Assembly (NCBI GenBank): GCA_963693365.1
Contig: CAVNZM010000002.1
Span: forward strand, 14,665,615-14,729,614
Origin: Amoebidium appalachense
Taxonomy: Eukaryota; Protista; Ichthyosporea
Length of the DNA stretch: 64,000 nucleotides
Reading direction: 5' to 3'
Below, one piece after another: positions 1-52,954 of the stretch. The translations under genes were made by a program, and so were the position numbers. The notes beneath the pieces are model-generated. The model worked only from the letters and a program-made list of their open reading frames with translations. It had not been told where the DNA came from and did no database searches. The stretch's first letter is position 1, and every line of letters starts with the position of its first letter.

Positions 1-1364
1 TCGGTGGCCAAATATTTTTTTTCGGGTTTCATCGCACATCCCATTTCAGACTCTTACCAATTATAATGGGTGGGAAATGTACATGTATATTCATCCCTTG
101 TTCCGTAACGGAATAATGCATCCTTCTATCAGGGGCAATGAATGCCTACAACAGAATACGTTGCCCCTTTGCTGGATTTATTGTGGTGCAGGCACATACC
201 TTTTTTTTTTTTTAACCCTAACACTGAGTCACTCGTTTGTTGATCCAAAACAGCCAGCAGCACGGCCGGAACTGATGGAGACAAGCAACACAGGGGGGGG
301 GGGGGGGGGGGGGGGGATAAGTTATTTTTATCAAGGCTAAATTTATATGTTTCCGCGTAACTATTACTGGAGGGCCTAACATTATTGTATCATAAGCTAT
401 TAGGACTTCGAGCAGTATGGAACGTGAGCAAGCTGTGTTATCACAGTGACTACGCGCCACGGTGTTCCAGAAAAGCGTGGTTAGCTCCACGCAGACTATA
501 TAATTCTGGCCTCGTTATTATGCTACTCTGGCAACTTGCATGTCATGCGTGTGGCAAGTGTGTTCGTATACATGCGTTCACATTTAAACTCTTCAAGTGG
601 GTGTAAGTTATTCTGGTGGTGGCTGCACGGGTGGAGTGAAGTAGGGGGCCGAAGTGTTAAGTACTACTTAGCCTATTTTTCAAGCTTCTGGGTAGGTGCT
701 AAGACAGTGAAGCTCAGTCCGCGGCGAACGTTAGCAAGGGAGACCCACTATATTGGGTTGTGCATGAGATGCATTTAGTGGATTTTGGGCGAATATACGT
801 ATGCTCAGCTGTGTGCAATGAGCGATTACAGGTGTGGCTGTATATATGGCTCATGGTTTTATATATGTACATGTACGAGACCACATTAGTGCAATCAGTG
901 GGATCTTCGGTGCATGAGTGCAATTTGTATGGGTCAATTCGCGCGCAATCACACTGATTAGCCAAAAGTAGAAATTTGGGCGGGAAGTTTCGGTGAACAG
1001 AAAAAGTAGGAATATGACCATGGTATGTGCAAGGCGTGTTTCCGCACAGCAGGTTTGCATGCACATGACATGGCTATACAGACACATGTAGCAGGTTGCC
1101 CCATTAGGGGTTAAACTTTTTCTTTCTGTTTGTGTGCCAGACCAGCTGGCACCACTGGATGCAGAAGAAATCTAAAACAGTTCCAAAATATGGCATGACG
1201 TTGATTTTCAGGCATAGGCTTATGTGTGCAGCGTGTTGTATGTGTGCATAGCTAAGTTGTGTTGTATGTGTGGATGGGTATATGTGTGTGTGAAACGTGG
1301 CTGAGCTTCTGTTCATATTAATAATCACTATAAAAGCCAAAAACGTCATGAAAAACCTTCTTAA

Positions 1365-1659
1365 AGGGGGTTTCTTTTAGGTTTTCGGGCCGGGTCGGGT
1401 CAGAGGGACTTCTAGCCATATGATTGGCGTACTGCGCATCGGCTGCGCACCACGTTTTTCCCGCAGCAAGCCTTCAAGTGCGCCATAATACAACAAAAAA
1501 GAAAAAGAAAAGAGAAAAAAAAGAAATATAGAAGGGAACAATAATAATAAAGTGTTAGGAAGAAAATTGCAGTTCATATCGTGATTTATATGCTGAACAA
1601 ATGGCTTGACCCGAATGTGCTGGAATGGGGACAATTAATCGGCCTAAAAGAAACCCCCT
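1365..1659. mobile_element. 295-bp MITE, Kolobok-like (TTAA TSD, purine-purine termini)
   Basis: Perfect 17-bp TIR AGGGGGTTTCTTTTAGG (1365-1381) / CCTAAAAGAAACCCCCT (1643-1659). TTAA flanks both sides (1361-64, 1660-63). Subterminal inverted motif TCGGGTCA / TGACCCGA. No credible protein product. Confidence 0.85.
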
Positions 1660-1880
1660 TTAATCAGAAGCCTTGATTGAACACATGATGCCCTAAGAAG
1701 TCCTTTAATTGGAAAAAAAATTGATTGAAAGAAGTAAAATGTTTGACACGAAGTAAAATGCTAGACACTCCTTCATACCTTAAAAAAATTGCAAGCTGTT
1801 ATACATATACATACTATATGCCAATCATTACAGTCAGATATGCCTTTGAAGTGTTGACATCTATGTTGGTAACTGTGTGA

Positions 1881-10366
<8,486 letters not shown>

Positions 10367-11119
10367 TTTTTTAGGTTATTTTCCGCCTTCCTCGAAGCGA
10401 GTGTGTTGTGCGTAGTTATGACGTTTCCTCGTGTGAGTTGTGCTGTTCACTCAACGTGTATTGTGAACCACGCGCGTGTGTGTAGCTGTGTGCGAAATAG
10501 ATTCAACACAACACATCTGGCTGTAAAGTGCGTTGGATTGGTGCTAAACCTTGCCGTTGCAAAAAGGATGGAACGTTTCACAAACGACAAAGTATCCTTG
10601 GTGGAGAACTTAAAGCAACACCAAGCTGTCGTGTCCGAACAGCCTTTAGGGTTCCTCCCACAAATTGGATTGCAATCAACCACAGACAAACAACAAGCTA
10701 AAAAGAAAAGACAACGCTTTAGTTAATATAACAGTTATCTTATAATCACTGTTTCTCCTTTTGTGGTAATTACGGTGTCATGTTCCTTTGGAAAGTTTGA
10801 CAGAGTGGCTGGTCAGGCTCACGTACGCATCACCCCCTGGGTGCTTAGAAACAGGGGGTAGCATCGAAGTAGAGAATTTGTTTTTTTTGTGACCATTTGA
10901 GAATGACGAAAACTGCACATATACGGATTTTAATGTATATTTTTGCCAATATAACTATATAAATTAAGTTCCAAAAATTAAATGCATAAAGAAACTAAAA
11001 GTACACACTCACTTGAAGAGCAGTGTTTCAAATTCATAGTATCATTAGTATGCATTGTTGTCTGAATTTCTCAAACCTCAGCAACTATGGTATAGGGAGA
11101 TTCATTTGACCAATCGTGC

Positions 11120-12420
11120 GGCTGTATTATGATATTGTTCCCTCCTACCCACAAAAGGAAAGTGATCGTGCTATTAAACCTGATCTTACTATCATGTTAA
11201 GCTCTCTCTTTTCTTGGTGTGTTAAATGTGGACTTGTCCCGTCATCTTGGTTAGATACCTTAGTGATCCCCATAGTTAAGAAGGACTCTGAGGGCCCCAT
11301 ATCATCCTTTCGCCCCATTACACTAACCCAGGTTGTTCGTAGATTCTTTGAAGCTTGCTTACTTAGGTTATTTGCAGATCACCCTAGGTTTCAATCTATT
11401 CTTCACATACACCCATGCCAATCCGCTTTTCGTAAAAACAATTCATGTTATGTTCAAATAATGGCACTGCACGATTCTATGCAAGTTGGTGCACGATATG
11501 TTAACTTTGTTGGTTGGAAAACTGCTTACGATTCTGTCCCCTGGTCTCCTATGGGAAAAGCGTGCTGCACGGGGTGTACCACACTGCATTGGTGTTCTGT
11601 TAGAAGCACTCTTGTCTCAAACCTATGGTAGAGCTGTGGTCAATGGGCATCTTTCATATGGTTTTGCTCGTACTAGAGGTCTCTTGCAGGGTTCATTGCT
11701 TAGCCCCTTTTTGTTTAACCTATTTATAGATGATTTGGCTGTCAAGGGTTACGCCGAAAACGATGACCCTATTAATAACTTTCCGCCTGCACTTCTCTAT
11801 GCTGATGATCTGTCCCTCCTTGCCCGTACCCCTAGACGCCTGCAAAGATTGTTCGATGTAGTGTCAGAGTGGTGCAAGGCAAACCTTATGATCCTTAACA
11901 TAGACAAATGTGGTGTTCTTGTACCTGATATAGCCAACAATTTACACACATTTACATTATCATCTAAACCTGTACCTATAGTTCCAGAATACAAATATCT
12001 TGGTGTTCCGGTTGATTCTGTTGGTGTTATGTTTCCCCATATGGTCGAAAAGAGGGTAGAGTTGGCTCGTAAGCGGTTAGCTTTCTTCTCGGCTAATATT
12101 TTTAAAGACACACCCCTGCATCCTTCTATTAGACTTACATTTATTCGCACTTTTGTCTTCCCGGCATGTGAATACGGTTTACCCCTTTCTCGCCGCTTGG
12201 ATCAAGAAAGAGAGAACTAGAGCGCTTAAACCCTTGGCAAATTTCCTTGAAGCAGAAGTTGCCTCCTTTCTATCTAACAACTGTTGTAAACCTGGGCCTG
12301 TAACGCTCTCGATATATGGTCTGGTCCCAATAGCTGCTAGAGTATCCTATCTCGCGCTGAAATTCAATAAGCACATAAGCCGTTTAAAGAAGTATTTGCC
12401 CTCCCACCCTCTCTTCTCTA
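11120..12420 (+). mobile_element. Truncated, frameshifted non-LTR retrotransposon RT fragment (same family as 46041-54219)
   Basis: Three overlapping frames: VPSSW..VIPIVKK..FRPITL, QSAFR, KTAYDSV, GLLQGSLLSPFLFNLFIDDL, LLYADD, YKYLGV, EYGLP, HPLF. Colinear with the ORFs at 48365 and 52830. Confidence 0.92.
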
Positions 12421-12624
12421 TCCGACCTGTCCCCCCCTCACCTCTCCCCTCTTTCCTTCCCTCTCTCTCCCCTTCTCCCCTGGGCACAAATACAAATAAA
12501 CCCCGCAATAAGTGTGTGACTTTGGACTGCCACTTACTTATTAAACATGTACACAATCACAGCAATATAACAAATCGAAAAAGATACCACACGACACTAG
12601 ACCCGATGACATGCATGCACGGAC

Positions 12625-13257
12625 GTCACCCCCGTGCGCGGCATGCTTTCGTGTTCGTTTTGACACAACCTTCAGTTGCAGGGTCTCAGGGGAAAAGCAG
12701 AACACTGCGACAGGAACTCGAAACTGGCGGCGCAGAAATAAAGAGTGTAAGCACCCAAAACGATGGGAATGGGGTGACGTTCCCATGAATGGCTACCTAC
12801 GTAGCAGCCGAAACAACGTGTGGGAACGAGTTTCCCGTTTTTGCCCTCCGAGTCGTGTATAAAAACTCAAAAGGAGGGGTTTGATACTCACACAGCTCCA
12901 GGGTCGCGCATGCTGTGTGTGCATAGTGCCTTTTCTTCTGTCACCCCCGTGCGCGGCATGCTTTCGTGTTCGTTTTGACACAACCTTCAGTTGCAGGGTC
13001 TCAGGGGAAAAGCAGAACACTGCGACAGGAACTCGAAACTGGCGGCGCAGAAATAAAGAGTGTAAGCACCCAAAACGATGGGAATGGGGTGACGTTCCCA
13101 TGAATGGCTACCTACGTAGCAGCCGAAACAACGTGTGGGAACGAGTTTCCCGTTTTTGCCCTCCGAGTCGTGTATAAAAACTCAAAAGGAGGGGTTTGAT
13201 ACTCACACAGCTCCAGGGTCGCACATGCTGTGTGTGCATAGTGCCTTTTCTTCTGTC
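12625..13257. repeat. Tandem duplication, 315-bp unit x2
   Basis: 12625-12939 and 12940-13254 are almost identical. The junction microhomology is GTC. Confidence 0.93.
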
Positions 13258-14283
13258 TGTGTATGTGTCGCAAGTTCGTGCCTGGAAACTTTCTCCTTTT
13301 GACAAGTTTTCCAGAAATAGTGTTGTGTTGCAATTGTTGTGCAGCAGTTACAGTGGACAGGCGCTTGAAGGGAAAAGGATCCGAAGGAGGCCGTGGCCAC
13401 CCCGGCCGCGGCATTTGTTCGCACCAGCAGCTTGGCAGGTAAGGTATTTCTGTCCAAAGAGTTAGTAGATAGTAGGCAAAAGGGCTTGATCTGTAGCTCA
13501 TACCCCCCCCCCCCCCTGCACACCCAGGGGGGCACTCTCTAAATTTCTTTTTCCCTTTAATTATGTTCAAGGACCTGCTGCAGCTCTCTCAGCTTTCTTC
13601 TTTTTATTTTTGTATTTCTCCACGCCATGAGCAAACAACTTTGTGTTGGGGGGGGGGGGGGGGGGGGGGGGGAGGGGGGGGGGGGGGGGGGGGGGGGGGG
13701 AGGGGGGGGGGGGGGGGGGGGCAAGGAGCAAAGAGAAACACGTATTACTGTGATTAGACCAAGATAACCTACGACCCACACAGTCGTCACTTCTAGAAAC
13801 CAAGAACCACCCTATAGTAAAATTTAAATAGTAAAAATGTATAGAATCTTGATATTATAGTCCCATCGCTCCGCCATGTCTGTATGACGGGCTTAGTCTA
13901 GACAGTAGGTATAGTGTGCCCAGTGGGCCGATACTCGCTTATAGACGGCGGTGCCGAATTTGGCCCTAAAGAAATGGCAACAAAAAAGACATGTTGGGTA
14001 TCTAGTTTGCTTATTATTGTTTGGGAGTACCCGCTGGGCCAGGGCCGGCCAAGGAGATTTTCTCGTCTGTAAGGGTAGATTTCGTGCGCGCATTTTTTTC
14101 TCCGCCTTTTTTTCAAGCCCGAGGGGGGGGGGGGGGGGGGGGGGGGGACGGGGGTATATCGAGAGCTGTAGAGAGAGAGAATTATCAGTGAAGGACATGA
14201 CTAACCAATGCTAAAATACAGCAGCAAAAGCAGTACATTGCCCAAATTTGGTGTATTTCCGCCACGTGGCCCTAGCAGGAAAA

Positions 14284-41696
<27,413 letters not shown>

Positions 41697-41750
41697 TCGA
41701 TGTTTGAATGCGAGATCTGTGTACACCTGGTATGTAAATTTGATTTTGCT

Positions 41751-42258
41751 GTTTTTGCTTTTTAGAGTATACGTGACAACCCTTTTCCTGACAATTTTGA
41801 GATGGCCGGTAGGCTTTGAGATGGACAATGACGTGGTAAATTTTGAACAGTTTATATATTTCTTTACTTTTATGTCAGGTCGAAATGTTTTTCTCATCTT
41901 ATGGCTATGGTATAACCTCAGATGAAATAAAGATCAAATTCTTCTCATTTGCCAGCTCAAGAGTAAATACCGAATGTCTGTGCCCCCCCCCCTCCCCCCC
42001 CCCCAGTTTTTGCTTTTTAGAGTATACGTGACAACCCCTTTCCTGACAATTTTGAGATGGCCGGTAGGCTTTGAGATGGACAATGACGTGGTAAATTTTG
42101 AACAGTTTATATTTCTTTACTTTTATGTCAGGTCGAAATGTTTTTCTCATCTATGGCTATGGTATAACCTCAGATGAAATAAAGATCAAATTCTTCTCAT
42201 TTGCCAGCTCAAGAGTAAACACCGAATGTCTGTGCCCCCCCCCCCCCTCCCCCCCCCC
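41751..42258. repeat. Tandem duplication, ~255-bp unit x2, in the presumed sacsin 3' UTR
   Basis: GTTTTTGCTTTTTAGAGTATACGTGACAACCC...GAATGTCTGTGCCCCC at 41751 and 42006, with a few small indels; each copy contains AATAAA. Confidence 0.9.
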
Positions 42259-42344
42259 CCTACCTCCCCTCCGCACTGGGTCGTCCCTCGGATCCCGCCC
42301 TCTTCATACCGGGCGAAACCGTAGGTCGTTGGGTCCGTAGAGTT

Positions 42345-42380
<36 letters not shown>

Positions 42381-42851
42381 TTTCCCCCCCCCCCCCCCCC
42401 CTCCCATATCCCGCCCACCCCACCCCCTCTCTTTCCCCCCTCCCATCCCGCCTGCCTGCCCAGCCCGCCGTCCGTCCACCCGCCCACCTACCCAGTTACG
42501 CTCGCCCACCCACCCAAAAACTCTTTTGCTTTTGATGCGCGAATCATGACTCGTAGAATTTGGGGAAGCCTATACCACAGGAAAAGACTGTGTGGAAAAG
42601 CGCAGCACCGAGGGAGGGAGGGACCCGGAGAGGGAAACTACGCCAAAAGTTCGATAGTTATTTTTCATCACTTAAGCAGAATTGCTTGTAATAAGAGCTT
42701 AATTATGAGGCGTTTGTGTGCTCAATTGTGGTCAATACGGGTCCAGCCCGCTGAAGAAGGCTTTGATATAAAACATCAGTGAACTCTGTGTAACAAACCC
42801 ACTTCTCCCCTCTTTCTGCGCAAAATGCCACAACCTAATCAGTTAGCTCCC

Positions 42852-42882
<31 letters not shown>

Positions 42883-43723
42883 GTACACGCGCACACATGC
42901 AAGCATACACACAGGCACACACATACATACATGCACACACCATCAGTACGAATAAGTAGCACCCAGATTTATCCACATTGCACATAAGATTCACTTGTGA
43001 CCGGTATCCGTGGACGGTTTATTATGAACTGTGGCGTCATCCGACATAAACATTTCGGCCCAGGCCCTGATGCAAGAGCCCATACCAATGCCAGGGGTGG
43101 CCCCTAGTTAGTGGGTTGCAGACCTAACGCCACGGCCATGCCTCTAGGGCTATCTACTAAGATGCCGATCATTTTTAGCACATTCCTTTCCATATCAGGC
43201 AAGTGAGTTATAATTACAGTGAGCTTGATAGCTTAAATGGTTGCTTTCTACTATGAACTACAAACAGCTCGTGTGAACCGGGCAGAAAAAGCGAAATACA
43301 AATAATCTAGCTCAAGAGAAAACTAACACAAGGTCAGCACGTTTGGATATATTCTTACATGCTCTAAGGTATGGCTATGAAAATCATTCAACCGAAACAC
43401 ACGTGTAGTGGTCTCAAGACACAGTCAAACCAATCATATGGATGGCTAGGATCGCCATCAATCCCCACCACTGACAACGCCGATCTATCAAGATAAGTTT
43501 TAAGTGGGAATGCAAAATCGACGGGCGCTTCTGTTCCAAGTAACGCTAAAGATCATTCTAAATGGTCCCCCCCCCCCCCCCCCCCCCCTTTTCAGGGAAC
43601 ACACATACATATGCACATATACAGACGATTCCTCTCCCAGCCATCGACCTATCCCCCCTTCACACTTCTACACAGCAGGGAAAACAAAAGCAGGGGCATG
43701 TTCTGATTGGAGCAAACCCATGC

Positions 43724-44427
43724 TCAGTGCTTCTTGGGCATGCACAGGGCAAAGAGGCTGCCCAGGTCCACAAACGTGCGGGCATTCTTGGCCAGGATGG
43801 TGGTCACGTGACTGTGCACCAATCGCAGCTCGTCCCGGTAGTTGAACGTCATGGTCTCGGCCGCTGCATTAGGGAAAAGCATGCATGTGAGTCATGTATA
43901 TGCTTCCATTCCCCCTCCTTTTTTCTTTTCGTTTTTAGCTCCCGCACCCATACACTCCTTTCGCCCCCTGTCCCCCCCCCCCCCCCCCCCCCTGAGAACA
44001 ACTTCTTGGCGGTACACACAATGTGTTAAAGGTAGTTCATTCTCCCGACACCACCAACTTCCTATTGGCTACCAAGCCCACTCCTATCTGTTTTGATCAC
44101 ACACACAATCAACTGCTTTGTTCACCCCCCCCCCCCCCCCCTCCCCCCTCCCCCCCCTCCCCCCCTCCCCCCCCCTCCCCCAGCCATGCACGTCGAATAT
44201 ACATAAACACACGAACAAACAGCCGAACCCAGCCCTTCATCCCTTTGGTGGTTTTCTTTTGCAATGCACCATGGATGTAGTTGCAACCCAATGCACAACA
44301 ACCGTACCACGTACCATCCTTGGACACGGGCATGTTGTTTTTGGGCTCGGCACACTTTTGCAGCAGGTGGGGAAGGTCGAACAGATACTGGTAGAAGGTC
44401 AGCTGCGTGTACAGGGCCGTGGCCGTG

Positions 44428-44429
<2 letters not shown>
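43724..44429 (-). pseudogene. POLA1: Orphan last two exons of DNA polymerase alpha catalytic subunit (C-terminal domain); upstream exons not found in the window
   Basis: Exon 44429-44315 (YTATALYTQLTFYQYLFDLPHLLQKC..) and exon 43863-43724 (..HVTTILAKNARTFVDLGSLFALCMPKKH*) are phase-consistent. They match the recalled Pol alpha CTD pattern YSDKSLYTQLCFYRYIFD...VNLSKLF. Pseudogene versus assembly break is unresolved. Confidence 0.75.
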
Positions 44430-44469
<40 letters not shown>

Positions 44470-44473
44470 TTGT

Positions 44474-44569
<96 letters not shown>

Positions 44570-44683
44570 ACTGTGTGTGCGTGTGGGTCGGGGGGGGGGG
44601 GGGGGGGTTCTCATTTTCGTTTTGAAAAAAAAAACATGTACCAACATGTGCCAATTGATACTAATGTGTCGATTTGTGTGTGT

Positions 44684-44911
<228 letters not shown>

Positions 44912-45103
44912 TTCAACAAAAAAAAAGGGTAGGTGTGGGTGGGTGGGTGGGTAGCGGTACCACTATGTAATGCAACTAGATGCTAATGCGCCACTCTGGG
45001 GACACCCATTTGAACCAAAAAAGATGTATCAATATGTACAACTCTATGATAATGTGTCAAACAGTGCGTGTGAATCTGGGTAGGTGTGCCGTGTGAGGGT
45101 GAC

Positions 45104-45245
45104 CCCCAAACCCAAGGTGCGAAACCCTAAACCCTAAGGTGCGAAACCCTAAACTCTAAGGTGCGAAACCCTAACCCCCTAAACTGTGAAACCCTAACCC
45201 CCTAAACACCCAAACCCTAAAACCCTAAAACCCTAAACCCCCGAC
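45104..45245 (+). repeat. Degenerate telomere-like repeats (CCCTAA/CCCTAAA/CCCTAAAA), including a 22-bp unit AAGGTGCGAAACCCTAAACCCT x~3
   Basis: About a dozen CCCTAA(A) words in 140 bp; a second cluster lies at ~45833-45925. Confidence 0.8.
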
Positions 45246-45344
45246 CCCCTACTGCCAAAGCCCCCACCGACCCTATGCGCCCAGCGACCCCTCACTTACT
45301 ACCCCTCTGAGCCATCTGAAAGCATGACCCGTGTGAGCCATCTG

Positions 45345-45790
45345 AAAGCAAGCCCGCGTCTGACCCGTCTGACCCGTGTGACCCGTCTGACCCGTATGAA
45401 TCCAGATGAATCGAATCAAGATGCCCCGTATGAATCAATATGCCCCGTATGAATCAAGATGCCCCGTATGAATCAATTATGCCCCGTATGAATCAAGATG
45501 CCCCGTATGAATCAATATGCCCCATATGCCCCAATATGAGCCAATATGCCCCATATGCCCCGTACGAGCCAATATGCCCCATATGCATATGAGCCAATTA
45601 TGGCCCATATGAGCCAATATGCCCCGTATGAGCCAATATGCCCCGTATGCCCCATATGAGCCAATATGCCCCATATGCCCCATATGAGCCAATATGCCGG
45701 CCATATGAGCCAACGAGCCAATATGCCCCGTATGAATCAATATGCCCCGTATGAGCCAATATGCCCCATACGAGCCAATATGCCCCGTGT
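45345..45790. repeat. Minisatellite block: 10-bp TGACCCGTCT grading into ~19-bp ATATGCCCCGTATGA(GC/AT)CA units
   Basis: About 20 variant units are visible; the spurious ORFs at 45477-45897 reflect the periodicity. Confidence 0.9.
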
Positions 45791-46156
45791 GAAACCGTGT
45801 GATACGGCCATGGCCCCCTTATGACAAGACCGGCCCAAACCCTAACCCGACAACCCCGGCCCAAACCCCAAACCCTAGCCCGGCAACACCGACCCAAACC
45901 CTACCCCTGGCAAAACCCTAACCCACAATCAGGATCGACCCCCAGACCCCTCCACAAACTCCGATTACCACTAATCGACATCCAACATCGCAAACGACCG
46001 ATCAGGTCCAATTCGGGTGTAAACAACGTGTGTAAACCCCTAACTAACAACTACTATCATATCATTATTATAATCATATTAGTGGTGCGTAATCGACCAA
46101 TCATTCATTTCTGGAAAAGTTCCCAGCGGCCGCCTGTCGTTCATGTTCTTTCATGA

Positions 46157-46933
46157 CCATGTTGGGCAACCCCCACCGGCCCTGCCCACGCGCGCCCGGC
46201 CCCTGCAGCACAGGCAGCCCCCAATGGGTTACCCACCCCCCCGAGGTCTCCCAAGTTCATACCCACAACGAATCCTAAGGTGTACCGCACTACGGTGGAC
46301 GCCAAGACCGTGTACGTGTCCGAGAAAGTCAAAACGTATGCCGAGTCGGTGGCCCAGACCCATGGGGCTACCCAGGCTTTGGCAGCCCTTGCCGCAGCGT
46401 CAGCACTGCACCCAACCCGCCGCCCTCGGGTGGCGTCTGACCCTGCCCCTCAGGGTACCGACGAGTCCGAGTTGACCACTGCAGCCTTCACCATGGTGCC
46501 GGCCAACATCAGCACCATGCGTGACCGTCTTTACACCCTCGGTGTCCTCAACCGAATGATTCCCGACATGCTCTTCATTGGCCGTCGCTACACAGTGTTC
46601 ATTGTGCGTGCCGGCTACCGTGATACCCTCATAAACATCATCCAACGTGCTACCGACGCCACCTTTCTCGCAGACTTCGATCCTACGGCTCCCTACAACA
46701 CCACACTTAACCGTGCTGATGCAGAGGCCGCTGCCTGGGCCTCTTGGCAACGCCGGGTGCTTGCAAGAATGGCCAACGCCCACGCATGGGCTGTCAAGGC
46801 AGCCACACTTTACCCGGCACACGACAGCCGGGCCAAAACAGCAGCTGAGGTGCGTGCCTACTGGGAGGCTCAGCACGTGCAGGTCTTCAGCAAGCCCTAC
46901 GACCCCACCGCCGCACCAGCCAACTCCCAGTAA
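46157..46933 (+). CDS. LINE ORF1 (no recognisable domain; true start uncertain)
   Basis: Open frame from 46157 (WATPTGPAHARPAPAA..VYRTTVDAKTVYV..) to TAA at 46933, 2 nt before the ORF2 ATG. Confidence 0.7.
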   Translation, partial: PCWATPTGPAHARPAPAAQAAPNGLPTPPRSPKFIPTTNPKVYRTTVDAKTVYVSEKVKTYAESVAQTHGATQALAALAAASALHPTRRPRVASDPAPQGTDESELTTAAFTMVPANISTMRDRLYTLGVLNRMIPDMLFIGRRYTVFIVRAGYRDTLINIIQRATDATFLADFDPTAPYNTTLNRADAEAAAWASWQRRVLARMANAHAWAVKAATLYPAHDSRAKTAAEVRAYWEAQHVQVFSKPYDPTAAPANSQ

Positions 46934-46935
46934 GC

Positions 46936-49031
46936 ATGCTCTCCTTTCTTTTCTGGAATGCTCGTAGTCTAAATAAGAGTAAAGCACAGTTTCTTCTTTC
47001 GTTACCCCAACAGGAGTTCCCGTTTATTGTTGTCGCAGAAACGTGGTGGCGAGACCACGCCACACTTCGTCGGTCTGGACGGCTCGTGGGCGAGTCTACT
47101 CAGCCTGTGGGCCACAAGCCTCACTCCGGCATAGTGTTCATCGCCGCCTACCACTTTGTTAACCACTGTTCAGTTATAGCACGTACAATACACACACTCA
47201 CCATCTCAGTTTGTGGCCATATATGCACTTTTGTTTATTTTCCACCTAGCCTTCCACTGCTAGCACTTAAACACGAACTTAACACCATCGCCCCACATAA
47301 CCCCACACTAGTGTTAGGAGACTTTAATAGCCCGCCAATTACCACCCCACACCCCCTACACGGCCACCCACAGGCCCTACTTAAACCCAACCACCCACGC
47401 ACGCCAACCTTTCACACTTTTGTTACAGCCTTACGCCTTACTCTTCCATCTGTAGTACAAGAACACCGCACGGACTGGGGGGCAGCCTCTGGTCCTTGCA
47501 CCTTACACATACACCACAACCTACACCCCCCACCGTCCGACCACCTACCTATAGTCTTTCGCACTACACTTAGCCTTTCTACGCCGTCACCACAACACAC
47601 TTACAGACTCTACGTACGCGAACTTAAAAGCCAGCGCGGCCAAGCAGACACTCGCTTCTTTTTCCAGACGGTGCAACCGAGTCTCTTATCGCTTGTGCGT
47701 GATGGACGCCAAACCCCACTACGCACCGACCAGACCTTCATCGATAGCGTCTGATCTACAGTACGAGAAACCTTGTGGGACATAGGTGAATATGCCTGTT
47801 TAGGTGCCCAAGTTTACCCACAAGCACGAACTACACACTCTCGCGGCCCTCGAGCGGAGGCTGCCTTACGTAAGCCTCTACCGTATCACATGCTATTGGG
47901 TAATATTCGGAAGATTGATCGCGGCGATCATTCGATTCGAATAACGGCCGACCCGTCATCCGACCCGGAATCTGCAACCGATTCCTTTTACGGCACCCTG
48001 TTTAAACGTAACCCGACATGTATGGCCACGGACCTGGGGCAGGCGCCCCCTCCTGTTTTTGTTCCACCCTCCGACACACCATCACCACCACACACGGCGT
48101 GGCCAGCGGGGCCGGCTGAGTTTGGGGCTGAATTGGGGGAACTTTTTACCCCAGATGCGGTATGGCAGTTAGTCTCCCGTTACCCGTCCCGCAAAGCGTG
48201 CGGGCCGGACGGCATCCCTATGGCACTACTTAAGGTACTCATCCCACCCCGACCCGAGAAAGACGAAAAGCGTGGCCCGCCGCCACCACTTACATGTATA
48301 CTTAGCGAGTTGTTTAGCTGGTATTCTGATGTCGGTAAAGTGCCCTCGGAGTGGCTAGCCACCTGTGTTTCCCATCAAGAAAACGGTTGCACAGGGTCCC
48401 ATCCACGAATTTCGCCCTATCACCCTTACGTCCGTTTTTCGCCGCTTATTCGAAAGTGGCCTTTTACAGGCCTTTTCCCGTAACCCCACCCTTAAGCAGG
48501 CTTCCCAGCTGAGCCCTCTTCAGGCGGCGTTTCGGCATCGACACTCATGTTACGCACAAATCCTCACTCTACATAATGCAACTCAAAGTGATACCGAGCA
48601 CCTCGTATTTATCGATTTTAAGAACGCGTACGACACGGTCGACCTCCCTCGCCTGTGGGCCAAGTTGGCCACTCGCGGTGTCCCATTCCAAATGGGTCGG
48701 CTACTGGAAGCTATGTTTACGTTTACACGCGGACGAGCGGTGGTTAATGGGCGGCTATCCCCAGGGTTTACCCGCACGCGCGGGGTACTTCAAGGGTCCC
48801 TGCTAAGTCCTCTTCTTTTCAACCTATATATTGATGATTTAGCCGACACTCTTTCTGCGGCACAAATTGACGGGGGGTTGCCATCCCAGGCTCCCCCCGC
48901 CCTCTTTTTTGCCGACGATATTGTGCTTATGTCATCCGATCCTCTCGAACTACGGCAATACATTCGTGTGGTTGAACATTGGTGCCAGCGCAACGATATG
49001 CAGATTAATGTCAAAAAGTGTGCCCTTTTAT
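46936..49031 (+). pseudogene. LINE ORF2 5' part: AP endonuclease + reverse transcriptase
   Basis: APE motifs FWNARSL, VAETW, VYFPP, LGDFN, SDHLPI. In-frame TGA at 47752-54 and a frameshift at ~48370. RT motifs KACGPDGIP, FRPITL, QAAFR, FIDFKNAYDTV, GVLQGSLLSPLLFNLYIDDL, FFADD. Confidence 0.92.
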
Positions 49032-52950
<3,919 letters not shown>

Positions 52951-52954
52951 TTAT

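Noticed and set aside
12625-13257. LTR pair or solo LTR
   Set aside because: The copies are adjacent, with no TG..CA ends, PBS, PPT or internal gag-pol
42270-42346. Hammerhead-like half: CGCCC..GGGC-GAAA-CC-GTA-GG-TC
   Set aside because: No CUGANGA precedes stem II and there is no convincing stem I
42755-42785. CTGAAGAAGGC hammerhead-like word
   Set aside because: No matching stem II partner or GAAAC downstream
45345-45790. CRISPR-like array
   Set aside because: The units are contiguous variants without unique spacers, no cas genes are present, and the context is eukaryotic
47752-47754. Programmed TGA readthrough or alternative genetic code in LINE ORF2
   Set aside because: The same ORF also has frameshifts and an insertion, so decay is simpler; host genes use TGA as a stop
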